Sequence record: OZ413487.1
Direction: 5' to 3' (one strand)
From: a phage
Length of the DNA: 64,000 bases
The position numbers were made by a program, and so were the translations under genes. The stretch's first letter is position 1, and every line of letters begins with the position of its first letter. The notes under the pieces are model-generated. The model worked only from the letters and a program-made list of their open reading frames with translations. It had not been told where the DNA came from and ran no database searches. This document shows, one piece after another, positions 1 to 9,933 of this stretch.

Positions 1-1
1 C

Positions 2-338
2 ACACTGTGGCGTAAACCTGATTACCGTTTTCATCCTTCTGACTATGGTGGGTATTTACCGGAGGATGATGTAAACCCTTGGTTTCCTGAATTTATAGCT
101 CCACGTGATGCCTATCCAAAAATAACTTGCGGCTGGATAGGTAATGGATTTATAATCCCGCCCACAAAACCTGTCCCGCAAATAGTTGACGCGGTTAGCG
201 GGTATTCCATGCAACACGCCAAGCTGGGTGGAAAGAGTGCAAGAACGAAGATGATTCGAAGCCTCACACCACGTGGCTGGGCAAAAGCCGTATTCTTAGC
301 AAACGAGCCTGTAGTAAGGAGCAGAATTAATGGGAAGT
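2..338 (+). CDS. hypothetical protein, 3' portion of a gene starting upstream of the window
   Basis: Frame open from window edge to TAA at 336-338; overlaps next start by 8 nt. Not in ORF track (no start in window). Confidence 0.35.
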
Positions 339-2408
339 AAATTTATGGCATCTGCATACAACCGTTTCGGTGAGCCAAACCCGAAAGCAACTAAGTATAA
401 AAGTGGGGGAAGTGTGAAACGAGACTATCGTGATGAAAAAGAGATTGAAACTGTAGAGACTGTTTTAGAAAATACTAAAATCGTCCCTGTCCCACAACAA
501 AATATCGGTCTGATGGCTGCACAATATTTTGGTGTGCGATCAGCATTGTCCCAAGAAGACGGTGTGACAGTTACTGCAACATATTTCCCATATTACGACC
601 GCTACGGGAATCTGTCCGGTTTCAAAAAGCGTGACTGGACGATTCCTAAAGAGCAAAGGGGCCATTTCTCCGTTGTTGGCATAGTAAAGGCCAACTCCCA
701 GATGTTTGGTCAAAAGCTGTGTGCATCTTCCAACAACCGTAAGCAGATTAACGTTTGTGAGGGGGAAGGTGATGTTATTGCAGCATGGCAGGCTGCATAT
801 CAGATACAAGTAAAAGGGATTCTCACCAACGCTAAAGCCCCGGCAAAGGTGAAGCAGTGGGCTAAAGAAGTCCAGGACGGGATCGATGCAGTTATCAACG
901 GTGGTGATCTGGCAGGAAAACCATGCCTGCCTTTTGTTGGAATTAACTGTGGATGTGCAAACGCAGTAGATACTTTTGCAAACAATGAGAAGTTTATCCG
1001 TAGCTATGGAACAGTTGTGCTGGCAATGGATAACGATGCAGCTAACGAGGTAGAGAAGCAAAAACACGTCATTAAAGGTGTTGAGGCCACGCACAATATC
1101 GCAGCATTTTTGATGGCTGATAACGTTTACCACGTAGAATACCCTGGTGAAGTAAACGACCCTGACGGTGTAAAAGATATCCGAGACATGCTGAAGGCTA
1201 AAAAGCTGGAAGATATTGTCAACATGTTCCGGCATCCTGTTAAATATGTGCCTGATGCGGTGTCGGATTTAGAAGACTTCTCTATCGAGTCTTTGCGGAA
1301 AAAGACTTCCAACGGGGTAGATATCAGCGCAGAGTTCCCAAAACTGCAAAAAATGCTAAAAGGCTTGCACAAAGGGACACTCGTAATGCTTACAGGTCCA
1401 TCAGGTGGCGGTAAAACAACCGTAGCTAAAAAACTGGAACACTGTATTGCAAGATACCTAATGGACCCGACATGCCCGAAGGCTGATGACTATGAAGAGG
1501 ATGATCGTCTATGTATGATCCATCTTGAGGAGGACCCAGAGGAAGCAATTAACTCCTTGTATGCAAACCAGTTAGGGTTTGATGTTAAAGAGTTTGTTGA
1601 AGATCCTAGCCAGTTTTTAACTGATCAAGAACACGCAGAGATTCACCAATCATGGGCAAAAGCTGGAAAAATCAAAGTGTTCAAACATTTCGGGTCTATT
1701 CCGGTGGATGAGTTGATTACCAAGCTTAAGCAAATGGTTTGCCTGTACCATTGCCGTTATATTGTGCTGGATCACCTGTCCATGGTAATTTCAGGGCTTA
1801 ATGTTAAGGATGAGCGAAAAGAACTGGACATGGCTATGACTCAGCTGGCTGCGTTTTGTAAGCAGTTTAACGTGTTTATCTTGGTGATCGCTCACCTCAA
1901 ACGTACAGAGATTGTGCCTCCTAAGGACAAGGATGGTAACCCGTTACCTTTCTGGTATCCTGTGCGAAAAGAGAATTTGCGAGGATCGGCGGGGCTTGAA
2001 CAGTTGAGTTGGGTAGTCATAGGTGTCGAGGCCGAAGAAATGGTGGATCGTTCTCGTGGACGTGTCCGTCTGGTAGGTCTTAAAAACCGTCCAGCAAAAA
2101 CTCTAGGTATTGCTGACACTTTGGTTATGGACCCGCACACAGGTAAGTTCCATGATGCCAGTAATTGGTACTGGGACAAAGAAATGCAGATGTTTACAGA
2201 CGGAGAAGGTGGGGAGGTTGTTTGGAGACCTCAGGCCATGTTTGAGGACCAAGAGCATGCAGTTGTAGAAACACCTATGGGCAAGGTTGTAGCCGATAAG
2301 GTTGTAACTCCTACTATTAAGCCTGTTGACACGCAGGAAGACCTCCAGTACGATGATCCATCCTCTGATCCGGTCCCCGGTTTTGAGGATGATGAAACAC
2401 CTTTTTAA
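330..2408 (+). CDS. DNA primase/helicase fusion (toprim primase domain + DnaB-like helicase)
   Basis: Toprim motifs VCEGEGDVIAAWQ and VLAMDNDAAN; Walker A GPSGGGKTT; Walker B IVLDHLS; acidic C-terminal tail ending EDDETPF. Confidence 0.8.
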   Translation: MGSKFMASAYNRFGEPNPKATKYKSGGSVKRDYRDEKEIETVETVLENTKIVPVPQQNIGLMAAQYFGVRSALSQEDGVTVTATYFPYYDRYGNLSGFKKRDWTIPKEQRGHFSVVGIVKANSQMFGQKLCASSNNRKQINVCEGEGDVIAAWQAAYQIQVKGILTNAKAPAKVKQWAKEVQDGIDAVINGGDLAGKPCLPFVGINCGCANAVDTFANNEKFIRSYGTVVLAMDNDAANEVEKQKHVIKGVEATHNIAAFLMADNVYHVEYPGEVNDPDGVKDIRDMLKAKKLEDIVNMFRHPVKYVPDAVSDLEDFSIESLRKKTSNGVDISAEFPKLQKMLKGLHKGTLVMLTGPSGGGKTTVAKKLEHCIARYLMDPTCPKADDYEEDDRLCMIHLEEDPEEAINSLYANQLGFDVKEFVEDPSQFLTDQEHAEIHQSWAKAGKIKVFKHFGSIPVDELITKLKQMVCLYHCRYIVLDHLSMVISGLNVKDERKELDMAMTQLAAFCKQFNVFILVIAHLKRTEIVPPKDKDGNPLPFWYPVRKENLRGSAGLEQLSWVVIGVEAEEMVDRSRGRVRLVGLKNRPAKTLGIADTLVMDPHTGKFHDASNWYWDKEMQMFTDGEGGEVVWRPQAMFEDQEHAVVETPMGKVVADKVVTPTIKPVDTQEDLQYDDPSSDPVPGFEDDETPF

Positions 2409-2466
2409 TGTTTAACAAAGAGTGGGAGGGGTAGTACAACCGCCTCCCCTTTAAGGAGAACTGTAT

Positions 2467-4890
2467 ATGAGCATGTGGTCGTTCGACTTTGAGTCATCCG
2501 GTTTGCTGGAAGACCCAGATCTTTATTATCACTGCGGCCTGTTTAAAGAGCTGAATAAGAACCGTTTTATGCTGTTCCTTCCTCTAAATGACCGCACACA
2601 CTACTCCGAGGAGGATATAGAAAAGGCTAAGAACTTCATTCTGGCAAAGAAAACTCTTTATAAAGATTTTGAAGTTCGCATAGCAGATTTTTCAGAGTTG
2701 GAAGGTTGGCTTACAGGAAATTCTGACTGGTCACCAACAGCTTTGAACTGCCATAACTGCTACAGTTATGACTTTATGCTGATGGAAAGATTATCTGGTA
2801 TTCATTTTGATATGTTCCGTGATCCTAAATGTATGGGGACTATCAACGATCACCAGGTTAACCTGTTTGATACGTTGGCGATGAGCCGAATCTTGTGGCC
2901 TGATCGCCCTTTACCAAAAGGTTGTCCGGACTCTGTATTCAACCCGGTTACTAAGAAAATGCAGCCTGTTGGTCCTCACGGCCTTATGGCATGGGGCTAC
3001 GCCCTTGGTAACCAGAAAGTTCAAATTGATGACTGGCGCGATCTTCCGTTGTGGAAGTATGTGGATCGTGTATTCGAGGACGTTATCATCCAGGAGCTGC
3101 TCTGGAAAGAGCTGGTAGCGGAATCAAAAGGTGTATTCTACGGCAAATCTGACATGCAGAACTTTATGTACGATCCGGCCAAAGAGAAGCCGAAAGGGTT
3201 CAAGAAGATCACCTGGAAGAACGCATTACGTCGAGGCATGCTGCAGCACTTCCTGATGGAGCTGCAGGCCCGTCAGGGTGTATACTTCGACATAGATGGA
3301 GCTATTGCTTTACGTGACCGTTGCGATGCGTGGATGAAAGAAATCGCTGATCGTGTTGAACCACAACTACCTTTAAAAGAGCTGTCAATGTCTCAGCGGC
3401 CCAAGTTCCCTGAAAAGCCGTTTAACCAAGACGGGACAATCTCTAATAATGGTTGGAAATGGTTAAAAGATAAGCTTGGCTATCCTGTAGACATGAGTGC
3501 TTTAGAGTTCAAAGCCCTGCCTAAGCGAGCATTTACCTCTACAGGAGATGTCAGCAAGATGGGGATAAAATGGTGTGAAGAGATGGGCTGCAAAGACCCC
3601 GATAAGATGGCTGATTTCTTGAGAGGCTATATTAAGGGCACCTCCACACCACAACCCTTACCTAAAGAGCTGATGGATCAGGCAATAAGTGATCTGCAGC
3701 AGAAGCGAATGCCTGACTGCAAGATACCTATGAAAATCAGCAATCAGGACGACATCAAGCGATACCTAATCAGTGCTGGTTGGCTCCCAACAATGTGGAG
3801 AACTAAAGATGTAACTAAAGACAGCAAGAAGAAAGCTTTACCTGATGCAGATGTTGATGCACGAGTATATGCATATATGGACGAGCTTTTGGAGTCAGAG
3901 TATTGTGACCTAATTATCAACTTCTGGAACAAAACTGATGCTAAGTTCCAGACAACCGTGCACAAGTTCCGAAGCTTTCCTAACTCCGAAAGGATTAAAA
4001 AGGAAGTATTCGGGAAAATACGTAGAAAAGCCAGGGCACTTATTACTTCTCCGCAACTGAAAGATACGTTTGGACACCTATGCCCAAATCTTGAAAAATT
4101 GAACGGAGAGATGGCTAAAGATATCGTCTTGTGGTTATCATTGCGAAACCGCAGATCGGTCCTTGATCCAATCAAGGAGGATAAGGTTGATACTGGTCTT
4201 CTTAATCACCCACGTTTGAAGATTGACCATAAGCTTCCTGCTAAAAGCTCTGGATTAACAAACACTTCCAGACAGAAACACAGTATTTGTGCAAACATGC
4301 CTAAACCATCTCCTAAAGTAGTTATGGGTAAAGAGATGCGTAGTCTGTGGGGTGTTCCTCCAGGATACTTTGAGATCGGTATTGACGGGTCCAACTTAGA
4401 GCAGCTCATCGGGGCTTGGGGTGCCTTTGAGTTCGACAACGGCTTGTATTATGATGTTGTAAGTAACGGAGACGCACACCAAAACAATGCTGAGGCATAT
4501 ACAAAAGTGGCAGGCAGAGAGGTGTCCCGTAACGACGGTAAACCTATCACGTATGGGGTTATGTACGGGGCACAAAAAGATAAAGTTGCAGATATGCTGG
4601 ACATCTCCCCAGAGTTGGGACAAAGGGTAATCGATGCACTCTGGGATGCCAACCCAGGTCTTAAGGGGCGCAAAGAGGATCTGGAGAAATTCTGGGAAGC
4701 AACAGGTAAGAAGTTTATCTACTCTTTTGATGGTCATGCTATCTGGACCCGATCTAAACACTCTTTACTTAATGCATACCAACAAAATGGCGGTGCATCG
4801 TTGTGTGACTTAGTTGGAATACTCATGCACCACCAGATGGTGAAGCGTGGGTGGTACGATGAAGGTGTTCGTCGTATTATTTATTACCAT
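2467..4890 (+). CDS. DNA polymerase, family A, exon 1 (3'-5' exo + polymerase motifs A and B, up to His of motif C)
   Basis: N-terminal exo I motif FDFESSGL; motif A GIDGSNLEQ; motif B RNDGKPITYGVMYGAQ; ORF ends ...RRIIYYH-K-stop where family A polymerases have VHDE. Confidence 0.8.
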
Positions 4891-5166
4891 AAATAACATT
4901 GTGGCTTCATAGAGTAATCTATGTCGAATAACCTCTTTAACTGCGGGAAGCCTAAACCTTATGGCAAGGTAATCCGCAACGAAGCGCTCAAAAGAGCGAA
5001 CGCTCAGAGGCCATTCCGAAAGGAAGTAGACCAGCAAGTGCGGTCGAAATGGGAGGATTCCTGTGGTTGCTTATCATAGGAATATGAGATGGTCCGATCC
5101 TACGTGAAAACGTATGGCTATGCACGTAATGGTGCGGGGTAGCTTAACGACCTACCTGAACTATTG
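4891..5166. other. putative group I self-splicing intron in DNA polymerase gene
   Basis: Exon 1 ends in U (4890); intron ends in G (5166); internal guide CAUUGUGG (4897-4904) can pair with exon-1 end CCAU (P1, U.G at splice site) and exon-2 start GAUG (P10); four in-frame stops; splicing restores YYH-DEYQLQV. Confidence 0.55.
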
Positions 5167-5520
5167 GATGAGTACCAACTTCAAGTGCCTGACACACCGA
5201 AGTATAAGACTGTGTACACCTTCGACACAATTGAAGAACTGGAAGCATTTAAGGCAGAGCAGGAAGCCAAACTTCATGTGTTCGACGGTCATAAGTACAA
5301 AAAGGCACGCAAGGATGAGGACGGAAACGAAGTGGTTGACAGAGACGGAAACACGGTGTACGATCCTATCCTGAACGATGACGGAAAGCTTGAACTTATC
5401 TGGAGCCCTGTGGGTGAAATGGTGGTACATTGCTTCTGGCAAGCTTCTAAAATGATGGGAGTCCCGTTCCAGATCACAGGTGAATACTTGTGTGGTCGTA
5501 ATTGGGGTGATTGTCACTAA
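5167..5520 (+). CDS. DNA polymerase, family A, exon 2 (motif C Asp-Glu and C-terminal end)
   Basis: Same frame as exon 1; begins DEYQLQV (T7 pol has HDEIQVG); ends GRNWGDCH, like T7 pol C-terminus GPNWAICH; ORF-track start 5164 is the TTG ending the intron. Confidence 0.6.
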   Translation, partial: DEYQLQVPDTPKYKTVYTFDTIEELEAFKAEQEAKLHVFDGHKYKKARKDEDGNEVVDRDGNTVYDPILNDDGKLELIWSPVGEMVVHCFWQASKMMGVPFQITGEYLCGRNWGDCH

Positions 5521-5569
5521 TGTAAACTATCAACACATGGAAGTGTTGTTGAGCAAAGAGGAGACTTTT

Positions 5570-5854
5570 ATGGTAGTAGAACCAACAAAAACATTTACAT
5601 CCATGACTATCCCTGTTATTATGCAGGTGGAGTGTGTTCAGGTATCTCAAGTGTGGCCTGGCACCAAAATCCCAACAGGGCCTGATTTCTTTCAGGTTGG
5701 GAAAGTGTACAATGTCTGGAAGGCACCAGATTGTTACCCTTTCATTAAAGATGACCGTGGGATGCTGTGGTACCTTGGAAATGACTTGACACTGCACCTT
5801 GGGAATACTATTATTGCAGTATTCAGACTTAACAAGAAGGAGACCGATCAATGA
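5570..5854 (+). CDS. hypothetical protein
   Basis: ORF track 5480..5854; start moved to ATG with GAGGAG RBS. Confidence 0.4.
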   Translation: MVVEPTKTFTSMTIPVIMQVECVQVSQVWPGTKIPTGPDFFQVGKVYNVWKAPDCYPFIKDDRGMLWYLGNDLTLHLGNTIIAVFRLNKKETDQ

Positions 5855-6078
5855 CGACTTTGGTTAAAGCTACCTTTGTAGAAGAAAAGATGACAGACCT
5901 GTCATTCTTTAAAGAAGGAAAGACCTACGAGGTTTATTACGATAAAGCTCGTGCAAACAAAATGATTAAAGACGAGGAAGGGGTTGCCTGGTATATCTCT
6001 CACCTGGCAAACGGTGAGTATCATATCTACGGAACCACTTTGCTTGCCAAGTTTGTAGTTGTTGAAGAGGACCTATGA
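5851..6078 (+). CDS. hypothetical protein
   Basis: ATG with AAGGAG RBS; 4-nt overlap with upstream gene. Confidence 0.45.
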   Translation: MTTLVKATFVEEKMTDLSFFKEGKTYEVYYDKARANKMIKDEEGVAWYISHLANGEYHIYGTTLLAKFVVVEEDL

Positions 6079-6269
6079 AAGTAAAGTATCTTGCTGAAGG
6101 TATGAATAGGTATTTTACCCTTGGTGAAGAATATTGGCCCTTTACAAACAACGGCGATGTCTACGTGAAAGATAATTTCGGCACGCCGTGGTTTCTGCAC
6201 TCTAATGGGCTGGGATACTCCATTTACTGCGGTGCAGTGAACAACACAACTCTTGCAGAGTTCGTTTAG
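6075..6269 (+). CDS. hypothetical protein
   Basis: ORF track; operon-like 4-nt overlap. Confidence 0.4.
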   Translation: MKVKYLAEGMNRYFTLGEEYWPFTNNGDVYVKDNFGTPWFLHSNGLGYSIYCGAVNNTTLAEFV

Positions 6270-6279
6270 AGGAGGTAGG

Positions 6280-6651
6280 ATGTTAGTAAAAGGTACCCAC
6301 ACAGTCAAACAACGTATTGAAGTTGAGATTGATGATTGTGAGCTGAAGCATATTTTACGGTCATGCTCCAACGTTTTGCTCCTTAGTATTCTTCAGGAGC
6401 GAGCGGAGAACGAGTTCTTAAATGCATTGGCAGGCCGTCCCGGTGACTTCTGTGTGCGTAAGCGTGGTGACAACAAGTCGTGGTTGTGGGAGATCGATGC
6501 CGACTGGGATTACCACAAAAATGAGGGTATAGATGAGCCTATTCGTGAACTGACGGACAAAGAGATTCAGATGTACAATGAAGTTTGTCATTGGGCAACA
6601 CGCCAACAAATTTACCTAGACCCTGTGTGGCTGATTGAAAATAGTCGTTGA
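6280..6651 (+). CDS. hypothetical protein
   Basis: ORF track 6253..6651; start moved to ATG after AGGAGG RBS; stop TGA lies inside the -35 of the next promoter. Confidence 0.45.
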   Translation: MLVKGTHTVKQRIEVEIDDCELKHILRSCSNVLLLSILQERAENEFLNALAGRPGDFCVRKRGDNKSWLWEIDADWDYHKNEGIDEPIRELTDKEIQMYNEVCHWATRQQIYLDPVWLIENSR

Positions 6652-6676
6652 CAAGAAGTAAGGCTAGATGTAAGAT
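6648..6676 (+). promoter_or_regulatory. sigma70-like promoter (TTGACA-17-TAAGAT)
   Basis: Consensus -35, 17-nt spacer; precedes gene at 6728. Confidence 0.55.
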
Positions 6677-6727
6677 ACTCCCCACAAACAGAGTATTGAT
6701 TGTTAAATAATTAAGGAGACCTCTAAG

Positions 6728-6982
6728 ATGAAAATCATGTTGAAACCAGAATGCGTTGCAAACGACCGAGCTTTTAAAGATTGCACACTTGGCGCTACTT
6801 ATGAAGCAGAGTTTTGTGAGAACCCTTTGGTAAAAGCCCTTTTGGAAGAAGGGGCCCCTCTATCACAAGAAGAGCTTGATGAGCTGGAAAACTCAGCACA
6901 GTGCCTTACCTTTAAAGATGATGAAGGAGACTCTGTCTGGTGCACTGTTAATGAAGTAGTTTTTGTAAAACCTGAACATTAA
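6728..6982 (+). CDS. hypothetical protein (paralog of 7046..7306)
   Basis: Shares DRAFKDCT / DSVWCT motifs with next gene; GGAGA RBS. Confidence 0.5.
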   Translation: MKIMLKPECVANDRAFKDCTLGATYEAEFCENPLVKALLEEGAPLSQEELDELENSAQCLTFKDDEGDSVWCTVNEVVFVKPEH

Positions 6983-6985
6983 TAC

Positions 6986-7014
6986 TTGACAACAGTGATG
7001 GGGCCTAATATAAT
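6986..7014 (+). promoter_or_regulatory. sigma70-like promoter (TTGACA-17-TATAAT)
   Basis: Perfect -35 and -10 hexamers with 17-nt spacer. Confidence 0.65.
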
Positions 7015-7045
7015 GGCCCTATCAAAACGAAAGGGGACCACAGCA

Positions 7046-7306
7046 ATGACCAAACAATATCAACGAATTAAAGCCAAGGTTAAGCCAGACTATCTGGAGA
7101 AAGACTCTGCTTTTCGGGACTGCACAGCCGACAAAGTTTACACAGGGGCTGTCCTGTTGAACGATAAACTTGAAGTAGATGTGCTGGGTAAAGAGGCCGT
7201 TATCGAGGATGACAACGGTGACTGGGTTTTCTGCACCACACGAGAGCTAGAAGTCTTAGAATATTTCGGTGAAATCTTCAACTCCTTAGACGACGAGGAA
7301 GCGTGA
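7046..7306 (+). CDS. hypothetical protein (paralog of 6728..6982)
   Basis: ORF track 6986..7306 starts at a TTG inside the promoter; real start likely ATG 7046 after AAAGGGGA. Confidence 0.5.
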   Translation: MTKQYQRIKAKVKPDYLEKDSAFRDCTADKVYTGAVLLNDKLEVDVLGKEAVIEDDNGDWVFCTTRELEVLEYFGEIFNSLDDEEA

Positions 7307-7695
7307 TGAAAAATATTTGGGATATCGATATCTTTGAAGCCTCTAAGCTTGACGGTGCTGATGGAGTGATTATGGTGTCTGATGGCAAGGCAACACTAAC
7401 TTCCGGAGATATCATCTATGCCTTGGACGAGCTGGCGCTTCTGAAATCTACCGGTAACACTTTGGAGGAGCGTCTTCAAGGATTCGCTTTCAAAGAAGGT
7501 ACAAATACAGCCATGATGTGCACCACACGGACAGTTCAGGTTGGTAACGGTGTCTATATGATTATTGCTGTGTGTCCTAAATTCAGCAACGTCAACAAAG
7601 ATGATGCTGACGCGGTCAACGATGTGGTTGTTCTCTTCGTGGGTGACGCTATGGCAGATCTGATGAATGCAGGAGAAGCAGCAAATGAAGACTGA
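7303..7695 (+). CDS. hypothetical protein
   Basis: ORF track; 4-nt overlap with upstream gene. Confidence 0.45.
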   Translation: MMKNIWDIDIFEASKLDGADGVIMVSDGKATLTSGDIIYALDELALLKSTGNTLEERLQGFAFKEGTNTAMMCTTRTVQVGNGVYMIIAVCPKFSNVNKDDADAVNDVVVLFVGDAMADLMNAGEAANED

Positions 7696-7987
7696 AAACA
7701 TCACCCCAGCAGGGTTCTTAAAAGTATACCGTGAACTGCTATATACTACAGAGGACAGTGTTCTAGAGTATCCAGAATATCTTTTGCTGTATAAGTATCT
7801 GCAGGAGGCTGGTGAAAATCTGCCAGTTAGTGCAGAAGGTGGTCCAAACTGGATATACAGCGCATGGAGAAAGGTTGACATTCTCCCAGACCCAGGTAAA
7901 GATATGGTAGTTTGGCAGCTTATCAACAACATCGGGATTCCAATCTTTGATGAAGCTGTTAAAATCTATTTTGAACTTGACGATTAA
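7686..7987 (+). CDS. hypothetical protein
   Basis: ORF track 7667..7987; ATG 7686 has AGGAG RBS. Confidence 0.4.
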
Positions 7988-8004
7988 TATCAGGAGACCT
8001 TAAG

Positions 8005-8250
8005 ATGACTGAAGCAGTTGCTCGCGCAGGACAGAAAGTACGTTGTGTTGAAGTAGGTTTTGGTGGCAAAGGGTGTCAAAACTTGACTCAAGGTAAGGAA
8101 TACGCTGTTATCTCTGGGGGTGGAGACGAAAGTATTGTGTTCGAGGGCCACATCCTGGATGCTGAAAACTTTGAAATCTTTGACGACGATGGGGACCCGA
8201 TCACCTGCCTGCTGGACGGGAATTGGGGAACTTTCGAAGTGATTGGCTAA
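8005..8250 (+). CDS. hypothetical protein
   Basis: ORF track; GGAGA RBS. Confidence 0.45.
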   Translation: MTEAVARAGQKVRCVEVGFGGKGCQNLTQGKEYAVISGGGDESIVFEGHILDAENFEIFDDDGDPITCLLDGNWGTFEVIG

Positions 8251-8260
8251 CAAATACCTA

Positions 8261-8289
8261 TTGTAATTTACAGAAGGGGATGCTAAAAT
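8261..8289 (+). promoter_or_regulatory. sigma70-like promoter (TTGTAA-17-TAAAAT)
   Basis: Hexamers with 17-nt spacer upstream of gene at 8334. Confidence 0.4.
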
Positions 8290-8333
8290 AGTGTCTCCTT
8301 CTATGTTGTTCAAATAAAATCGGAGATTCCATA

Positions 8334-8699
8334 ATGGAACAAATGAACGATCAAGCGTCGGTTGCGATGAACGAGCAAGAACAACCTCAAGAATTTTTCT
8401 TAGGGTTAAGTAAAGATCAAGTGTCTCTTCTGCTAGTGCTTTCTTCTTTCATGGGAAGACTTCAGGAGCTTACACAACAGCCAGAGGCTGAACAATTATT
8501 CCAGGCTCTGCGTGAAGAAGAAAAATATCGTCGTTTGGACTATGCCTTAGGTTGGGTAGCTCAACAACGAGATATGCTGATGGCCCTCTCTGGGACCACA
8601 AGTTTTGCAATGGGCCTGTTGGCTCAAGTTCAGGACAAATTAATTCAAGCAGGGTTTGCACACACGGCAAACACTAACGAAGAACAAGGAGATAAATAA
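8334..8699 (+). CDS. hypothetical protein
   Basis: ORF track; GGAGA RBS. Confidence 0.45.
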   Translation: MEQMNDQASVAMNEQEQPQEFFLGLSKDQVSLLLVLSSFMGRLQELTQQPEAEQLFQALREEEKYRRLDYALGWVAQQRDMLMALSGTTSFAMGLLAQVQDKLIQAGFAHTANTNEEQGDK

Positions 8700-9925
8700 T
8701 GAGCGTTATTCAACAATTCGCTAACCCGATGAATCCGCGTGAAACTGTTTTACTAGCTCACGGCATGATTAAACGTGTCAGCATCAAGCCTATCAAAGGT
8801 GCTGATCCTACAACAGGTATTAAAACCACTGTGTGGCAAGGTAAGAAAATTGAATCCAGCCACACCATCTCTTTACTGATTTCTGAACTGGATTCCTCTG
8901 ATAACCTACTTCAAGGTGGTGAAGAAGTTTGGATCAGTATGGGCGATAAGCTGCTTAAACCAGGTCATCAAGACTCTGTCTCTGTTAAAATTGATGACAA
9001 GTGGGAAACCGTAACGCCAGGATGGATCGTAAATATCCCTTTGAAGGCAAACGAGCATAACGGTAAGACCTACTACAAAGGCTCACTGGCTAAGATGGTT
9101 AAGCTGGGTGCAGGAGAGGCTCCAGCAGCGACTCAGCAGCAAAAACAGCAACAAGGTGCACAATCACAAGGCCAGAAGCAGAAACCTCAGCAGAATGCCA
9201 ATCAGGACGTTTTACGCATCTATGGTGATGTGACTCAGATTGTTGGCAACGTGGTTACTGTTAATGACCACAAGATTGGCGAAGGTGCTATGGTTGTCAC
9301 TGATGAGCAGCTTAAAGACCTGGTGGTAGGTGGTCGTGTTGCAGCCATTGTTGACAAAGACACCGGAAACATTATCAGTGGCTTCAAGGCCTATCCTCCT
9401 AAGGCAGAGAACGGCACTCAAGGCTCTGGTGGCAAGCGTAAATCCTCTTACGACCCTATCGGTGTGGAGACGGGACATAGCATCAATGCGTTGCAGATCA
9501 TCCTGGATCGCGGGTTTAAGGTGGACGACCCACTAGGCGTGGCTAAAACACTGCACGTAGTCACCATTGAGCTTAAGAAAGAGTATGCTCAAGCCACCAA
9601 CCGAACTGAAGATGAAGTAGGTGCCAGTGTCGGCAATGCGGTGTTGAACGCTTGTCGCCGTATTGACAAGAAAACGAAAGTTGATGATTTTGCAGCGGCA
9701 ATTACTGCAGAAGCAAAAGATGTCTTGACTAATCTGGCTGAGCCGTTGTACGATTGGATCAAGAACGGTGCTGGGTCCACTGACCATCAAGAACCTCAAG
9801 CTGCCAAACAGGAAGCAGCTCCACAGCAAAACACTGTAGACGCTCCTCCTGTAAATGACGAGGAAGATGACCCGATGGATCAGAATCCAGCACAGTATGA
9901 GTTCGATGACTCGATCCCTTTCTGA
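8699..9925 (+). CDS. putative ssDNA-binding protein
   Basis: C-terminus QYEFDDSIPF resembles the acidic DDDIPF tail of bacterial SSB; Gln/Pro-rich linker; sits in the replication module. N-terminal fold not verified. Confidence 0.45.
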   Translation: MSVIQQFANPMNPRETVLLAHGMIKRVSIKPIKGADPTTGIKTTVWQGKKIESSHTISLLISELDSSDNLLQGGEEVWISMGDKLLKPGHQDSVSVKIDDKWETVTPGWIVNIPLKANEHNGKTYYKGSLAKMVKLGAGEAPAATQQQKQQQGAQSQGQKQKPQQNANQDVLRIYGDVTQIVGNVVTVNDHKIGEGAMVVTDEQLKDLVVGGRVAAIVDKDTGNIISGFKAYPPKAENGTQGSGGKRKSSYDPIGVETGHSINALQIILDRGFKVDDPLGVAKTLHVVTIELKKEYAQATNRTEDEVGASVGNAVLNACRRIDKKTKVDDFAAAITAEAKDVLTNLAEPLYDWIKNGAGSTDHQEPQAAKQEAAPQQNTVDAPPVNDEEDDPMDQNPAQYEFDDSIPF

Positions 9926-9933
9926 GGTCAGTT

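Noticed and set aside
540-1235. 231-aa ORF on the - strand inside the primase-helicase gene (and similar antisense ORFs at 800-985, 1127-1372, 1892-2179, 3744-4175, 4206-4761)
   Set aside because: Fully nested antisense to a gene with strong motif support; no RBS; typical shadow ORFs.
4921-5079. 52-aa ORF with ATG inside the putative intron
   Set aside because: Lies wholly within the 276-nt intervening sequence, has no RBS or recognisable motif; probably a chance frame. A very small intron-encoded peptide cannot be excluded.
5164-5520. Treating 5164..5520 as an independent 118-aa gene starting at TTG
   Set aside because: The TTG coincides with the terminal G of the intervening sequence, and the product begins DEYQLQV, exactly the missing motif C continuation; better explained as polymerase exon 2.
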